Assembly (NCBI GenBank): GCA_016906335.1
Contig: JADEYG010000007.1
Coordinates: forward strand, 1,550,001 to 1,614,000
Direction: 5' to 3'
Source: Novakomyces olei
Taxonomy: Eukaryota
DNA length: 64,000 bases
Shown one piece after another: positions 1 through 13,452 of the stretch. How positions within the stretch are numbered: position 1 is the stretch's first letter; every line of letters starts with the position of its first letter. The notes below the pieces were generated by a model that saw only the letters and a list, made by a program, of their open reading frames with translations, ran no database searches and was not told the origin of the DNA. The position numbers were made by a program, and so were the translations under genes.

Positions 1-116
1 CTTGAAAAACATTAAATTATCATTTCGGTTCTATTCATACATGAATATAAAACTATATTAAGCATAATAAGTTGCTTCTATCTAGTTGTCCAGCTGTACA
101 TCTATGCTTCTATTCC

Positions 117-906
117 TCAGTCATTTTTTGATTGAAATAAATGACTTTGTTCAAATGCCTTATAGGCGGGCCGGTCGAGGCTCTTCTTGGCGACGTCGAT
201 ATCGGTTCGTATATCCCGTATTAAAGCTTCCTTTGACACATAATCATACTCTGGTCTAATATAACCTAAAAACAATACGCGTATCGTGGAACCATAAAAG
301 TCCTTTTCGAAAGATTTCATTATATGAATTTCCTTGACGTAAGAGAAGAATACAGAAATGTTTAAACCCAAAAAAAATAAAAAGATAGAAAAAAAAATAG
401 GGCAGAGAAAAGAGTTAAACAAAGGCAAAACCAGTTAAAGAGAAAAGCTCCTTAAACTCCAAAGGCAATACACCAAAACGTAATGGGAATAGACTTGATT
501 TAACGAATAATTACCACTGCGCGTTTCTCATTATGGTAGAAAGGATTCCATCCACAGCTGGCGACGTAAACAAAGTCAGTAAAAATACTCAGAGTAGCTA
601 ACATATCATTGGGAGCACAGGACCGTCTGCAATCTGTGCAAAGCCATAGTAAACGCCGCTCGGCTGTTGTGCTAAAACCGCAGGTATATCATCATCGCTA
701 ATATTCGCAGTCGGAATCCCTAATTCTTTCGAGCCACGGCCAAATCCGTGCACCACTGTGCCTTGGATGCTTATAGGAAAAGGCTCATTTGGATTTTCAG
801 GGCCGGCAATTGAAGGCCGGTCCTTTGCGTCTAGAGGCGGTACTCCCATACTACTCTGTCCGCCGCCTTTTCTATAATGTTGGAGTATATTTGTTATATG
901 CTCCAT
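117..906 (-). CDS. FMN1: Riboflavin kinase, 3 exons (906 or 849..607, 565..515, 332..117); intron 1 is AT-AC
   Basis: Motifs [23 protein letters not shown], spliced [19 protein letters not shown] and LGYIRPE. The start may be the second ATG at 849. Confidence 0.93.
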
Positions 907-923
907 ATTACTTGATCCAGAAA

Positions 924-938
924 TTAGGGTTAGGGTTA
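924..938. promoter_or_regulatory. Telobox TTAGGGTTAGGGTTA
   Basis: 2.5 telomere repeats just upstream of FMN1; the motif recurs in other intergenic regions. Confidence 0.6.
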
Positions 939-1199
939 ACCTTCCGTATATTACGGTCTAACCTCTTCATAGTGTATCGAGCCTTGGTAACATGGTATAA
1001 ACCTTGTACAAAAATAAGGTTACTTGATGTGTAAAACTGGCGAAACTTCGAATTGTATACATTATACATTGCTTAGTATGTGAACAAGTATAACTGTGTA
1101 ATTGCTAAACTCCAAGTATGCTCAGAGCACATACATCATACGAAGAATTAACGTGCCAATACCTCAGATCTAGAGCCAAGCGAGCCAAGCAAAGCAAGC

Positions 1200-1931
1200 A
1201 TGAAAGCATCAACGACGTTCTTTGTATTGGGCCTTTTCGGTATTGTATCTGCGCAGCTTATTGTTCCAAACGTCTATGGCGAGCACGAGCACCGTCCTGA
1301 GCCGGAGCAGTTGAGAGCCTTAGACAAACTCGCCCAGCTGAGAGAAGCCGCAGTGCAGGAAGAAGCTAGCCGTGGGAAGGACGATTATCGAATTCTGCCC
1401 ATGGACGGATCTACGCCTTCGGGCGCGAATGCAAATCGTTTGCTATGTGACGTACTGCCTTCAGAGCGATCTGTATCTATCTACTTTGATCTTCTCATGT
1501 CGGAGTACAATCTGGTAAGTGCTCCAATTTAACTGTACGATTAACGTAAATCCTAGGCGGATCGCATCCGTAACCAAAAGCAAAATAGCACGTTACTGGT
1601 TCCCAGCAATTTAGCGATTCAATCATTGGGATATAAGCCGTGGCAACCTCCCCAGACGGGAAACTCTATTGGGCAGGATCGGGAGAATGTATTATCCGAG
1701 GACGAAGCTCAGTCCAATATTCGGGAGTTTGTTTCGCGTCACATTGTCCCGGTGTCTCCTCTTTTGGAAGGTCGGCAATATCCTTCAATGAGTCAGTCTT
1801 CGCGCCAAATTTCTTTTGCAAGGACCGATGATGGCTCCATATACGTCAACCCGGGAAGTCGTAAAATGCTCAAGAAGCTGGCGACTTCAAACGGAGAGGT
1901 GTGGATTATTGATGGCGTACTTGACGTTTAA
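1200..1931 (+). CDS. Secreted FAS1/fasciclin-domain protein (YDR262W/mug57-like), intron 1515-1556
   Basis: Signal-peptide-like N-terminus. The GTAAGT..TAG intron joins to NSTLLVPSNLAIQSLGYKPW, and the protein ends NGEVWIIDGVL. Confidence 0.8.
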
Positions 1932-2953
1932 ATAATTTCGGGAATGGTGGGTTACGGTGGCTTTCGTTTATTCGATTATATAGTTTTTGTGCGTTCTTGT
2001 GTTTCGAGAATACATAGGGTATTTCATACTAGGATAGTTTAATTTGATCGCAAAGTCGGGTTGGTAATTTCTCCTATGTAGAGCTCCCGACGTTCACGTA
2101 GAATTTGTAAGCATCAACACGAAGTCGATCAGTTAACCCTAAGGGAGGTGCTCTTTATGAGCACGGAGGGCTCCTTTTTCTCAATTGCTGCATTTCTTTA
2201 ATTAGATTAATTGATTACTATAGATAAATACTGACAATGTTTCACCTCGTTTACGCGCTGATGCAAATACCGAATACCGTGCCGATTCTAGTGATCTTCT
2301 AGCCTATAAATAACAGAAGCTTGTTTGTCTACACAACTGTAAATGGTACCAAAACTAGAATATTCAAATAGCTTTTGTATTTATTTGGCCAATTTATGTA
2401 GAATTGATTAACACCTATAATCAAAGAATTCGGCCGAATACGAAAAAAAGCGACAGTTTTCCTGAGCGTGGCATTTTCCCCGTTTTCTCTTTCAATTTAC
2501 AGACTGTATACTATGCACCTTTCTCAACACACTATTGCACTCGCCATTAAGTCCGTTCACTAAATCTTCGGTCCCCTTTTGATCGATTACCATACTTAAA
2601 AAAACCCTATTCATATTCGTCTGGTCTAGTACCGGTTGACAGCTCATATAATAATAATAATGGCTCATATTACGATTAAAGGAAGGGCTGGCAATTGATG
2701 ACAGATGACAGCAAATACGTCTGGAACGTCTTGTATGGAACTTTTGCTATAGTAAATGGGCAAGAAACAAAAGGCCCGGTAGAGGCACATTAAGCAGGAG
2801 TTCAAAAATATGGGGGGTTTCCTTGTGTTTTTTGGATTTTAAAGGTTCTGGCAGGTCTTTAGTTCCGATGCTCTGTGCACGGGTTTGATTTGGATAGTTT
2901 AATCGAGCGTGAACTTGCTGGATACTAGCAATTGATACAGGAGAGGAAGAAAA

Positions 2954-5900
2954 ATGGCGCGATCGGCTTTACGTAGTTTGCTGCACCGTCTGCGCATTTA
3001 TGTAAGATTTGGCCCTGAAGGCTCTGTTTGGTGGTTTACTTTGCTAACAGAAATATAGCTTGATCGATTTGTCTCCAGCGACGATGAAGAGCAGCTGCGC
3101 GAGCTTGAAGAAATTTCTGAAATATTGAGAATTAGCGCACGCCGCCAGATAAATCTAGTTTTGCAAACTCTAACGTCGTTGCTTGAACATTATGGCAAAG
3201 TAAGTCGGATGATGTTGAAGAGCTTAAACATTGAATATTGTCGTATTCGTTCCATTTATTTATGGCTTCTCTGATTTGTACTCTTATGTTATTTTGTTCA
3301 GTGACTAACTCTAAAAAAGAGACTGGATACGGGGGATACTCAAACAGAAACGTCTCAGCGATCCACTTATCTTCTCAAAACCCTCGACGTTTGTTTAATC
3401 TCGCGGTACGAGGGCGTCAAAGATGATGTACATCCTCCAGATCCTATTTCGGCCGCCCTTTTACGATATTCGTTAAACACGTTTCTCGATGTATATCGCA
3501 TATCTGGAGCCGACCAGAGCTACCGTCAAATTGGGGTGACCTACGGCCACTCTTCTGTGTTTGCAAAGGCTACTCTTTTTGCAGACGAAGGTACAAAGGC
3601 GCTGTGCAACTGTCTTCAAACTTTGTCCTTGCTCGAACCTAATGAGTGCCATCAATATTGTATGGAGCAAATATCGTCGCTGCAATCTAGTCAGAAAGTG
3701 TTTAATTCACTATCGATTGAAGACTGGCGAGATCATCTCGGAGTATTGCTTATAAATTTTATGCATTTCGATGTCCAGATGATCAGTGTCTTGTTAGCGG
3801 AAGTCATAAAGACTTACCGGGCTTTAAAATATTCTGTGAAAGCTTTATTAAACTTCGCTATTGAGAAGGCCGTCTGGAATTCTTTAGAGAACAGCCGAAC
3901 TAATTCAGCGTCAATATTCACCGCATCGCCGCAGTCGCGAGAAAGCTTTGAAAGCTTTTGGAGAATCATACTTAATCAAGTAGACTCTGGGAAACATGTT
4001 GAAGTGTACTGGGGTGTGCTGTGCCAGTTCCAGCTAGTTCTTGCGATTGATCGGCCTTCGTCAAAAGAATCGATTCCTGCGTTAGACGCTTTGATAAGCA
4101 CGTTACAAAAGAACTTGAACGCGAATTCAAACCCACAGCTCGAAATACCATCCCTAATTGGACTAACAAATATCTGCCGGGCTGGATTGTCGCGAAGTCT
4201 GGCTAAAGACACGCCCTTGCATGCTTGCGTAAACAGGGCATCTATAATCATCAGAGGGTATTTCGAAAAGTATGAGGGCTCGGGTGGGAATGAAGCTCTC
4301 GAGGTTGACGCAATGGTTTTTTGTTTTCTGCATTGTATAAGGAGACGGGATACCGACAAGTTTGCGGAGGCTTTTGAATCAAGGCCTTTTACAAACAAGC
4401 ACTCGATAATGATCCTGTCGGCTATACAAATTTATGAAATGAATGCTCGAAAGCCGTTTTCTGGGATCAGCTATGATATCATTAACTTTACTACTTTGTT
4501 TCTCAGGCGGTTTGCGCTGCAAGTGTTGAACGAAGCCCCAGCACCACAAGAGTCAAAGTCAGTTGCCTCCTCAATACACCGTATATCTTCCTCTGCGTCA
4601 TCAGTCGAGGCATCTACTCTTGCAAATTTAGAACGGATGTCTCTTTCAACAAACTCCTCTTCAAAAAGCTCCAAAAAGCTGAAAGACGTTGTGGTCATTA
4701 CAGAGTTTTGGATCCGAATGCCCAGTGCTCTCGACAGATCGGACGAGTACCATAGCGAGCCTGAACTTCTAAATGCGGAATTTTTGACGTGCTTTAGCCT
4801 ATTGAAGGCCTGCCTTGAGTACCCGTACGAAGAAGTATTTCGTAATGCGCTTGTAATCTTGGAAAAACTTAAGCAGCGATCAGGTTTTCGAGATTGCTTT
4901 GCAAAGTACAATATTGACGCAGAAGTGAAAAGAATGCTTTCGTCTCTGCTGGCAGCGGTGTTGGAGCTTGTGTTGAGGCTTCCCCTATCTGATCCTTCCG
5001 TAAGCCATGCGCTTTTAGTAGCAAGGTCTTATTTTTCATGTATATCTTCCATGAAAACGCTGGACAATTGGGATGTCTTTGATACCGCGTCCCGTGTCAG
5101 AGTCTTTGAATCAGCCTTGCTTTTAGCCTTGTGCTCTGGCCGACAGCAGAATATTATAGACGCTGTTGAATGCTTCAAGTACGCTGCGAATCATGATCAT
5201 TCTGTAGCAGCTTCAGAAATTCTTGAGAGCGAATCAATTGATCCTGATTATTCAATGAAAAATTTTTTGACTTATTCAAAACTAGCGTCGGAAGAGCATT
5301 TGATTACCGGCAAAGTATATTTATTGAAGAGGATACGGCGAGTTCTACAGCAAGCAACTTTGGTAGGTCTGGGCCCGATTTATGCTTGGACTGAAGCGTT
5401 CTACCGTTGGCTTAAACACTCGATGATTGTAAAGAGTTTAACGGAGAAAGATTTGAACGACCTGCCAAAGAATACGTATTTGTCCAAGATCTTGAGCGAA
5501 TGGGAAAATTATCTCGGACTTCTGGCTTCAATGGGAGGCGCTTTGACATCGAAAGGTCTTCAAGAGGTTCCTGAAGAATTATTACAAAAAGTCAAGAGTG
5601 CCAATCCTCCAGGGGACGTGACTGACGGGTTAAGTTGTATATACTCCTTTTTACTTGCGGTAAAGGACTTTTTGTTTTGCCCTAATGGAATCGTGCGCGA
5701 ATATACACGGGCTATAATAAAATTCGATCTTCATTCGGCTCTTGTTGTCATTTTCATCTCTGTTCTTGAAAAAGGATTGCATGATAGACTGGTGAGAGAA
5801 CCTCAGATCTTTCTGGGTCCGAAAAATCTTGTTTTACTAGAACAAGTTATATCCGTTTTGATTGTATTGCTTGGTCATTCGCCCGAGTCTATGACGCCGG

Positions 5901-8900
5901 CACGGTACATTAATGACGGCATTTTGTTGGAAAGTATAGCCTCTTTTATTCAGTCAAAGGTGCCCCATGGAAGCGAAAGGCTCCGAATTCATTTCTGTGA
6001 GCTCTGTATAATACTGGTACAAAAGTCTAATGGGTTTGCTCTGCTGCGGGATATTCAGATACATCGCAGTATAATGGCACACGTACGAAGCTGGGCACAG
6101 CTTGATGAAGACGTACATGAGTGGAGAACAATAATGGCTGAAGGTGGCAAGAACGCAACAAATTTACGGGCTCATAGAGAATTGGTCTGTGAGGCGCTTT
6201 TTGCTGTTGCCTCGCTCCTGCAATCATTGCATGTTCGCTCTTCTACCACCACGCCTAGGCCAGAGTCATCAAAGTATATTGAGGATGATATTAAAATGTA
6301 CGCTCAAAAATTTAAGGATGCTCTTGGCCTGTGCCAGAGCATAAAGGAGATGCGCAAGTCTCCGGATGTTGTTAACGATAACGAACGCAAGGCCGTCATG
6401 GAGCTACAAAAAGACGTGGACAAGCTGAGAAACGCTGTTGTTTTAGGGCTAAAGAATCTCTTTAGAGCCGATTTGGAGGCAACTTTGAACGAAACTCAAG
6501 ACATTGCATTGAGCCATCAAGAATTTTTTCGGTCTGTATTCGTTGAGGCTCTAGTGTCGAGCCTGCAGACGTCGAATGATATGACAGGCGTCCTCAAACA
6601 GGACGTGGACAGTCTTATCGATCTTATTTGCGAGCCACGGCTTGCACTGGCTCTGCTCATGAGCTGCTCCATTAAGGACGCTTCCACACTAGGGAAGGCT
6701 TTTGCCAAAGTCCTCGGTATTAAAGGCCAGTCTTCCATAATTTTCAAAACAATTATTCGCATGGAGTTTTGCGAGAAAAGCTCAGAGGCAGATGTCTTTC
6801 GAGGAAATACGATTTACTCAAAAGTCCTGTTTTCCTTTGCCTCTCTTGTGGGCCACGATTATCTAAAAGATGTTGTAAACTCATTGCTGGATACTTATTC
6901 TAGCCTTGAGCCAACCTACTTTGAATTGGATCCAGATAGACTGTCGTCCGGAGAGGATTTAGTTGCGAATCAGAAAATTGCTCGACAAATCTGCGAAAGC
7001 TTTATACACAAACTGTGCTCTTCTGTGAATCGAATGCCCCTTCAAATCAGGGCAATATGCTACTTTATATCTCAGAATGCAATGTCCAAGTTTCCGTCTT
7101 CTCAATTGGCCTGTGTTGGGGCGTTCATCTTCCTGCGGTTTATCTGTCCTGCTATTGTCTCGCCTCAGGAGAACAAGGCACATGGACGAAGGTTTACCAG
7201 TATCAGAGCACGCAGAGGTCTGCTCTATATCGCGAAAATTATGCAGAGCCTGGCCATCAATGTTCTTTTTGGTCCGAAGGAGCCATTCATGGAACCCATG
7301 AATGATTTTCTAGTCAAAAATTTTGACAAATTGTCGTTCTTCTTGAAGTCCATCACATCGATTGAGTCTAATCAGCCAGCGCCCAAAGTCAGTATTGAAG
7401 CGTTAACAACGGTTGACGAAATGAACTTGCACAAAATCATATTTAACGAAAGATTAAAGATTTGCGAGAAGCTTAAAGACGCTAGTCAAGAACTGTCAGC
7501 AGACCTCCCATCAACGTCCACGTCTGTGGATGAATTGCTGCGAACATTTTTGAATATGCTGCAGGATGTCGGGCCCCCACTATACCTGGCTGTTGATTCG
7601 GGTGAGCATTCAGAAAAGCTGCTCCTGACGGAGGACACGCGAGAGCCTTGGAAGAAGTATTTGATGCAGTTTACAGAAAAGGCGCAAGTGGTAAAGGACC
7701 GCAAAAACATTGTGTACCGAACATGCGACTCAAAAGCAGGGAACCCCGTAATTTACTCTGTGCTCGAGATCTTTGACAATAAAAGTATGCACGCAAGCTC
7801 TCTAATATTCCAGTTTTTATCGTGCTTGGAGACAGTGATAGACGGACCGTTTGAGATGCTGATAGACGCGACGTCTTATGGAAGCCGCTGTGATATTCCG
7901 AGCCAGTATGTACAGCTACTGTTCTCACTGCTGCCCGCCCGATTTTTCGACAATTGCCGAATGGTTTACATACTAAACGTGAACACTCTATTTCGACGCA
8001 AGTGTAAGAAATACTTGCGCAACCTTTCTTTGCCAAATATTTCCAAACAGCAGATTATATTTGCCACTGACCCGCGCGAATTGGACGCTTACTTGGACGT
8101 TGCTAAAGTCAAATGGTCCGAGATTGTCACTACACTGCAAAATACAAAAGGAGTCGTGTTCCGTAACGTGGCAAGAACAAGTCAGTCACGGACGGTTGTG
8201 CCAGTGGAGATTGTTGTTGGCCAAAAGTACCTTCAAATTAAATCCCTTAAGCCTCACGAGCTTTTCAATGGCCGCCAGGGAGCACTGCATGAGGTATTCC
8301 CTATTGGCAGTGTCGAGAATATCCAGAGAAGTGCTTCTTCTGACTCGCCGGACTTTGTGATTCTGCTAGAAGGAGGCTCTCTGAGCATAAACCTCAGTTC
8401 CAGGAAACTCAATGCTATTGTATCAACTATTCGAGAAGCACAGTTCGGTTGGAGAGACCTCTACCAAAACAAACAGGGCCACGACGAATTAAATTTATCA
8501 AACAAGCTGGAAACGTTCGTTCTCAATCTGTGCTTTGCCAGCTTTGCCCTAAATTCGCCCTCGCTGTCGATGGAGTGCGTCAGTCTGGTTTCCCTTTTGT
8601 TTGATGGTGGAGTGAGCAACAGTTCAACCCCCAAAATAGAGCTGAATTCTGCGAATATGGCGGTAAACGATTCCCGTATTGCCATTTCATTGGCCTGTGA
8701 GTTTGCAGAAAAGCGACAGGACTTGACGATAGGCTATCTGATAGAATTCTTTTCACAGTTTGGAAGCCTGAGCGACGCTGAACTCAATCTAGCCTCGTAC
8801 TACCTTGTGCCCTGGTTCGAAAACTTGCACCTTTTTTGTGCTGGAGCAAATCAAAAAATATCTGCCATCCGGCTTATCCTCCGTAACCTCGTCAACCTGT

Positions 8901-10750
8901 GCATTAAAAACAAGAGCGTGCAAAACATGTACCTTTACAATGTGTGGTCGTGCATTGCAAAGCAGCCAGTCTTGTGCGAAGTGCTCGTCAATGAGCTGTG
9001 CCAGTACGGACTTAGTTTGGGAGCCGATTCACCACAGACTATATTCATTAGCCAAGTCTTTACGCACGCGGATATTGCGGGCATTAGAGGACGTATTATT
9101 TCTCGGCTGAGAAAGGCGGTGTCCAAATGCTCAAATCAGCCAACTGCGCTCTTGATGGACAATCCGTACTGGAACGAAATCTCTCTGCTGCTTTATTTCT
9201 CCAAGGACCTGACGTTTTCCAGTCGGCTGCAGGGCCACATTTACCTAGCGGATATTGTCTTTATCATTGTGATGACCGCCGGGTGTGGGAACCTGGATAC
9301 CCGAGAATGGGCCTGCAAGTTGGCAGAAAACAGTCTGGAGAGTATTTCAAATGGAAACGTTCTGTCCCCGGACAAGTACCTGATTCTGCAGAAACACTAT
9401 ACAGACTTTCTGGAGGCCAAAAAAGTTCTCTTTGGACTGCCGCTGACAGTAAATCAAATGATCGATTTGCGCTTTGACTCCAAGGACACGATATCCCTGG
9501 AAACACTGGACTCGCTTTGCCAAAAGCTGCTACGTTTCCTCCACCATTCATCGCTGAATCATCATTTAGAAGATTTCATGTACGCCCGACTCACGTCTTA
9601 CGTCGTCTCTTCTATGTTTGAGTCGAATCCACCCATTCAAACACGGTGCTTTTGCCTGTTTGGCAGGATGTCCTTTTGCGAAGTGGACGAGAATATAATC
9701 ACAGGTATCCTGGACCAGTTGCACGTTGCCCTGAGCAACCTTGAAGAGTCAAACTCTGTTTTGTTGGAAAGCATTATATTCTGCCTGGCAAGAACGGTAG
9801 AGAAAATGAAAAAGCAATTGCCCTGCTTGCCCGTGCTCTACTGGATCTCTTTGACTCTTATGCACGGGTCAAATATAAAAATATACTACCGTGCTCTTGA
9901 CCTTATGGCCTCTGTGCTCTCTGCCCACCTTCGCTTCGATATCGATATCGTGGAAAGCTGCCGTGGCTCGCTTGCAGGCGCGGGGTCCTCTGCCTTTGAA
10001 TCGACCTTGAACGAGATCGTTCAGGTGACACAGATGGACTTTATCAGCGATGTCTACATGGGACTGTCAGCCGTCCTCTACAAGGGTGCCCGTGACCCTT
10101 ATTCGCGAGAGCGAGTAGTCACAGTCACAGGGCTTTGTGTGGACCTTGCCTTCCGCTGGCGGAAGCAGACAGAGTTTGGTGACTCGCTGCCGGACGATCT
10201 GTCCGGGTTCCTGTGCTACATGATTCCGTTCTATGAGCTGAGCGATCGAATTGCCGTAATACTGAAACGAGTGGGTATCTGGCAGGAGAGCGATGGAGGC
10301 GTTCCCAACTCGGTTTACAGCTTCTTTGAGCCCAATTCGCCAAAGACAATGGTGCTGGTAGCAGCTTTCTTGGTGGCAATGGTAAATGTAAGCCAAACAG
10401 AGTATGGCAAGCGATCCATATGTCTTTTCATATCCCATCTTGTGGCCCGAAACAAGCAAATGATCTCGTACATGCTTGATGATCTTTTGCCTTATGTGAA
10501 CCGGCTGCTTATGAACCCGGAGAGCCTTGCTGTTGTGCAAAGCGCCCTGAAACTGAGCAAGGCTATTATCGAAAATCATTTGGATACAATAGAATCCACG
10601 ACTCTTCCACTCAATCAACGAGTACAGCGGTACAAGTTTACTGGGCTCTTGGATAATATTACGTTCCACGGAAGCCGACCCCACACACGGTTCCTTTACC
10701 GGCTTTGTGAAAAGCTGACTGTCAGCGCGTTGTCCACACAAAACACTTGA
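2954..10750 (+). CDS. Neurofibromin/Ira1/Ira2-like RasGAP, introns 3002-3058 and 3200-3319
   Basis: Arginine-finger VFRGNT, FLRFICPAIVSP and AKIMQSLA..KEPFM motifs, followed by Sec14-PH-like and helical C-terminal regions. Two short upstream exons splice in frame to the long ORF. Confidence 0.92.
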
Positions 10751-11041
10751 TTAGTTTGCTTTATTTTTGTTTAATTTTGGGACGGATTGTATGCGTATAT
10801 ATAGTATTATTACCATCCCGTTGCCCGGGATGTTGAGCGGTCAATTAATTGATGATTATGAAATAATTCACATTGAATTATCGATGTAGTTCGAGAAAGA
10901 CGATAAACGACGGCCGGTAAACGACCATTTCAAAGTGACGGCAAAATATAGGGTTAAAAACCCGGCTGAAATACTCATGAAACCTTGTTTAAAATATTAT
11001 TTAAAGCCGACTACAGTCTATGTACATTTGTCGAGTGCCGC

Positions 11042-11348
11042 TTAGCTAAAGTCCAAACATAATCCAGCGGCAATTCGTTCCAAGTCTTCTACGTCGAGAA
11101 AAGAGCCCGACGATTCAGACTCGTGCTGTCCAGCAGCTCGCCTTGAGATTAGTCTTTTTGTGCAGTCAGAGAACAAGATACCATATAGCCTCGCGAGTAA
11201 ACAAGTAAAGGTACTCTGAACACAGCTCAAGTGCGGGATGCGATATTCGCGTGCTTTTCGAGCTATCAAAGAAAAGGCTCATAATACGCGCAACAGTTTC
11301 CGGCGGCAATTTTGTGCTGTCCTCCGCAATGGCAACTTGATCTGCCAT
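11042..11348 (-). CDS. MHF2: CENP-X / MHF2 histone-fold protein, intron 11142-11181
   Basis: TRISHPALELCSEYLYLFTREAIW|RA and the C-terminal LDVEDLERIAAGLCLDFS; the 40-nt GT..AAG intron restores the frame. Confidence 0.88.
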
Positions 11349-11442
11349 TTGCACGCGTTCGTTGGCCGCGTGGGGATTGTCGCAGTTGATTGTCGCGTAC
11401 GCTCTACTGCAATCTTACTTGTATATATTCTAATATATGTAT

Positions 11443-11467
11443 TAACCCTAACTAACCATAACCCTAA
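11443..11467. promoter_or_regulatory. Paired teloboxes TAACCCTAA
   Basis: Two copies in the MHF2 promoter / GTR2 terminator gap. Confidence 0.6.
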
Positions 11468-11573
11468 TCACGACATTTACTGAATGCTGATGGGCAGCAT
11501 TCGTGGAGACTGTGAAATTATTATGCAGCCATGTATTCTATGCACAAGCCCGTACGAGCATTGCCGCGTTGTA

Positions 11574-12859
11574 CTATTTGGATACAAACAAATCCTGAAT
11601 GGCGCTCTGTACACACTGCACATTGTACTCCAGGAACCCCGTCCGTTTTAAGCTTTCGTTTCGCAATATACACAATAAAGCTAGGTATCTTTTGAGATTA
11701 GCAGCGGCACAAAACAGTCGCATACCCATTCAGTTCCCGTAAGTAGACGGCCAATCCGTTTCCAAGTTGGATTATTGAGGACGCATCAGTGCGGTAATTT
11801 GGATCATCGTGGTGATCGCCGGGCTCGTACGTTTGGCTGCTCGGTCTAAAGTTAAGTTTGCAGTTCTTTGGACAGTACAAATACCCGTATATTGAGGAGA
11901 CATCGATTATAACATCAATATAATCGGAGCAGACTTCATAGCTCTGCAAATCCACCGGCGACGAGTCTGTTGCAATATAAATTTTGGTTTGTATATCGAA
12001 TAAAAAGGCTTTTTCAACGGCAGAATTCTGGAAATCAGCACAAATGGCTTCAACAAATCAGATACTATATATGTAAACGTACAGAGCAGAAAATGTTTAA
12101 TAAATTCTCGAGCGTTGGTAGTTGTGGGATCAATTTTTGAATCACTTTGGAGAAAGCTTCAAAGATAGAATGGTCAAAGATGCTTGTGAGGTAAAATGAC
12201 ATTTGTATATCCTCATAACCGGCATCCGCAAGCTCGTCCTGAACTCGCTGCTGAATATCGCGCTGAATATCGATCTTGTAGTCGTCCGAAAGCCCATCGA
12301 CTTTGTGGATGAAAATCTCGATATGAATCTCTGGATTTATAGAGTAAGCCCTGACTATGGTCGAGTGTAGTCGCACAAGCGCATCGTAATATTCGTCCTG
12401 GGTTCGTGAGAATTTTGGTTACACTTCCATGCCCATACCTGCGCGTCGATAATGTATATGAGAGCACCTATATGACCAAAAATTGCATCAAAATCAAAAG
12501 TAGGATCAAAGAAATTGAGCTGCCCCGGAAAGTCCCATACTTGAAAGTCGATAAACGAGCTATACGTGAGCCGCTGTTGTACTGATTCGAGAATTGTTAC
12601 CTTATCTGATCTTTATTGATACGGTTCGTAGATTCTAAAAAGAGTGTTTCATTTGGTGCTAATTTATGAAACACAACCTTGAGCCGATTAGAAAAGCACC
12701 CAAAAGTTCAATTACCTTTTGAATACTGGATTTCCCGCTCCTTGAGCCGGTTAGCGACATGCATCAAGTCTCGAATTCTTACCTTCTCAGCCCCATTAGC
12801 AAAAGACGGGGCCGGTCGTCGTCCCCGTCAGTGAGATTCAGGTCGCCTCTTGAAGCCAT
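11574..12859 (-). CDS. GTR2: Rag GTPase Gtr2 (RagC/D), 8 exons
   Basis: Spliced [58 protein letters not shown] and IATDSSPVD. Confidence 0.95.
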
Positions 12860-13152
12860 TCGCGCGTTATAAAATAGCTAATGGCCTCGCCTGTAAGATT
12901 CCTTCGAGTTTGGAACCGGCAATTGCCTTTTCGCCACTCGAATTGTGCAAGAAACCACACACTGTTTATTTGGCGCTGCTGCCTTTTGGGTTTCTGGATG
13001 ATTGATTATTATATGGAGGGCTTTTAATTCAGTTTCTTATCTATTACGAGAATCGAACGCCCTATTAAGCATTTGATAGATAGATAGATAACTGAAATTC
13101 ATATAGCTTTATTGATTAAATTAAATGACTAATCTGTATTCACAAGAGTTGA

Positions 13153-13337
<185 letters not shown>

Positions 13338-13452
13338 CATTTACATTTACATTTGAAAATCTCCTGGTACAAAATTATACTGTCAATTTCTTTTTTATAG
13401 ATTACCGACACAACGTTACGAGCGCAATTTTTTGGTAAATCGGTCAGCGGTG

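Noticed and set aside
10067-10741. 224-aa antisense ORF and the many other shadow ORFs over long genes
   Set aside because: They lie opposite or out of frame to well-supported genes and show no recognisable motifs.
11142-11181. MHF2 donor GTATCTT resembling the U12 consensus
   Set aside because: It lacks CC at +5/+6 and has a U2-type ACTAAT branch.
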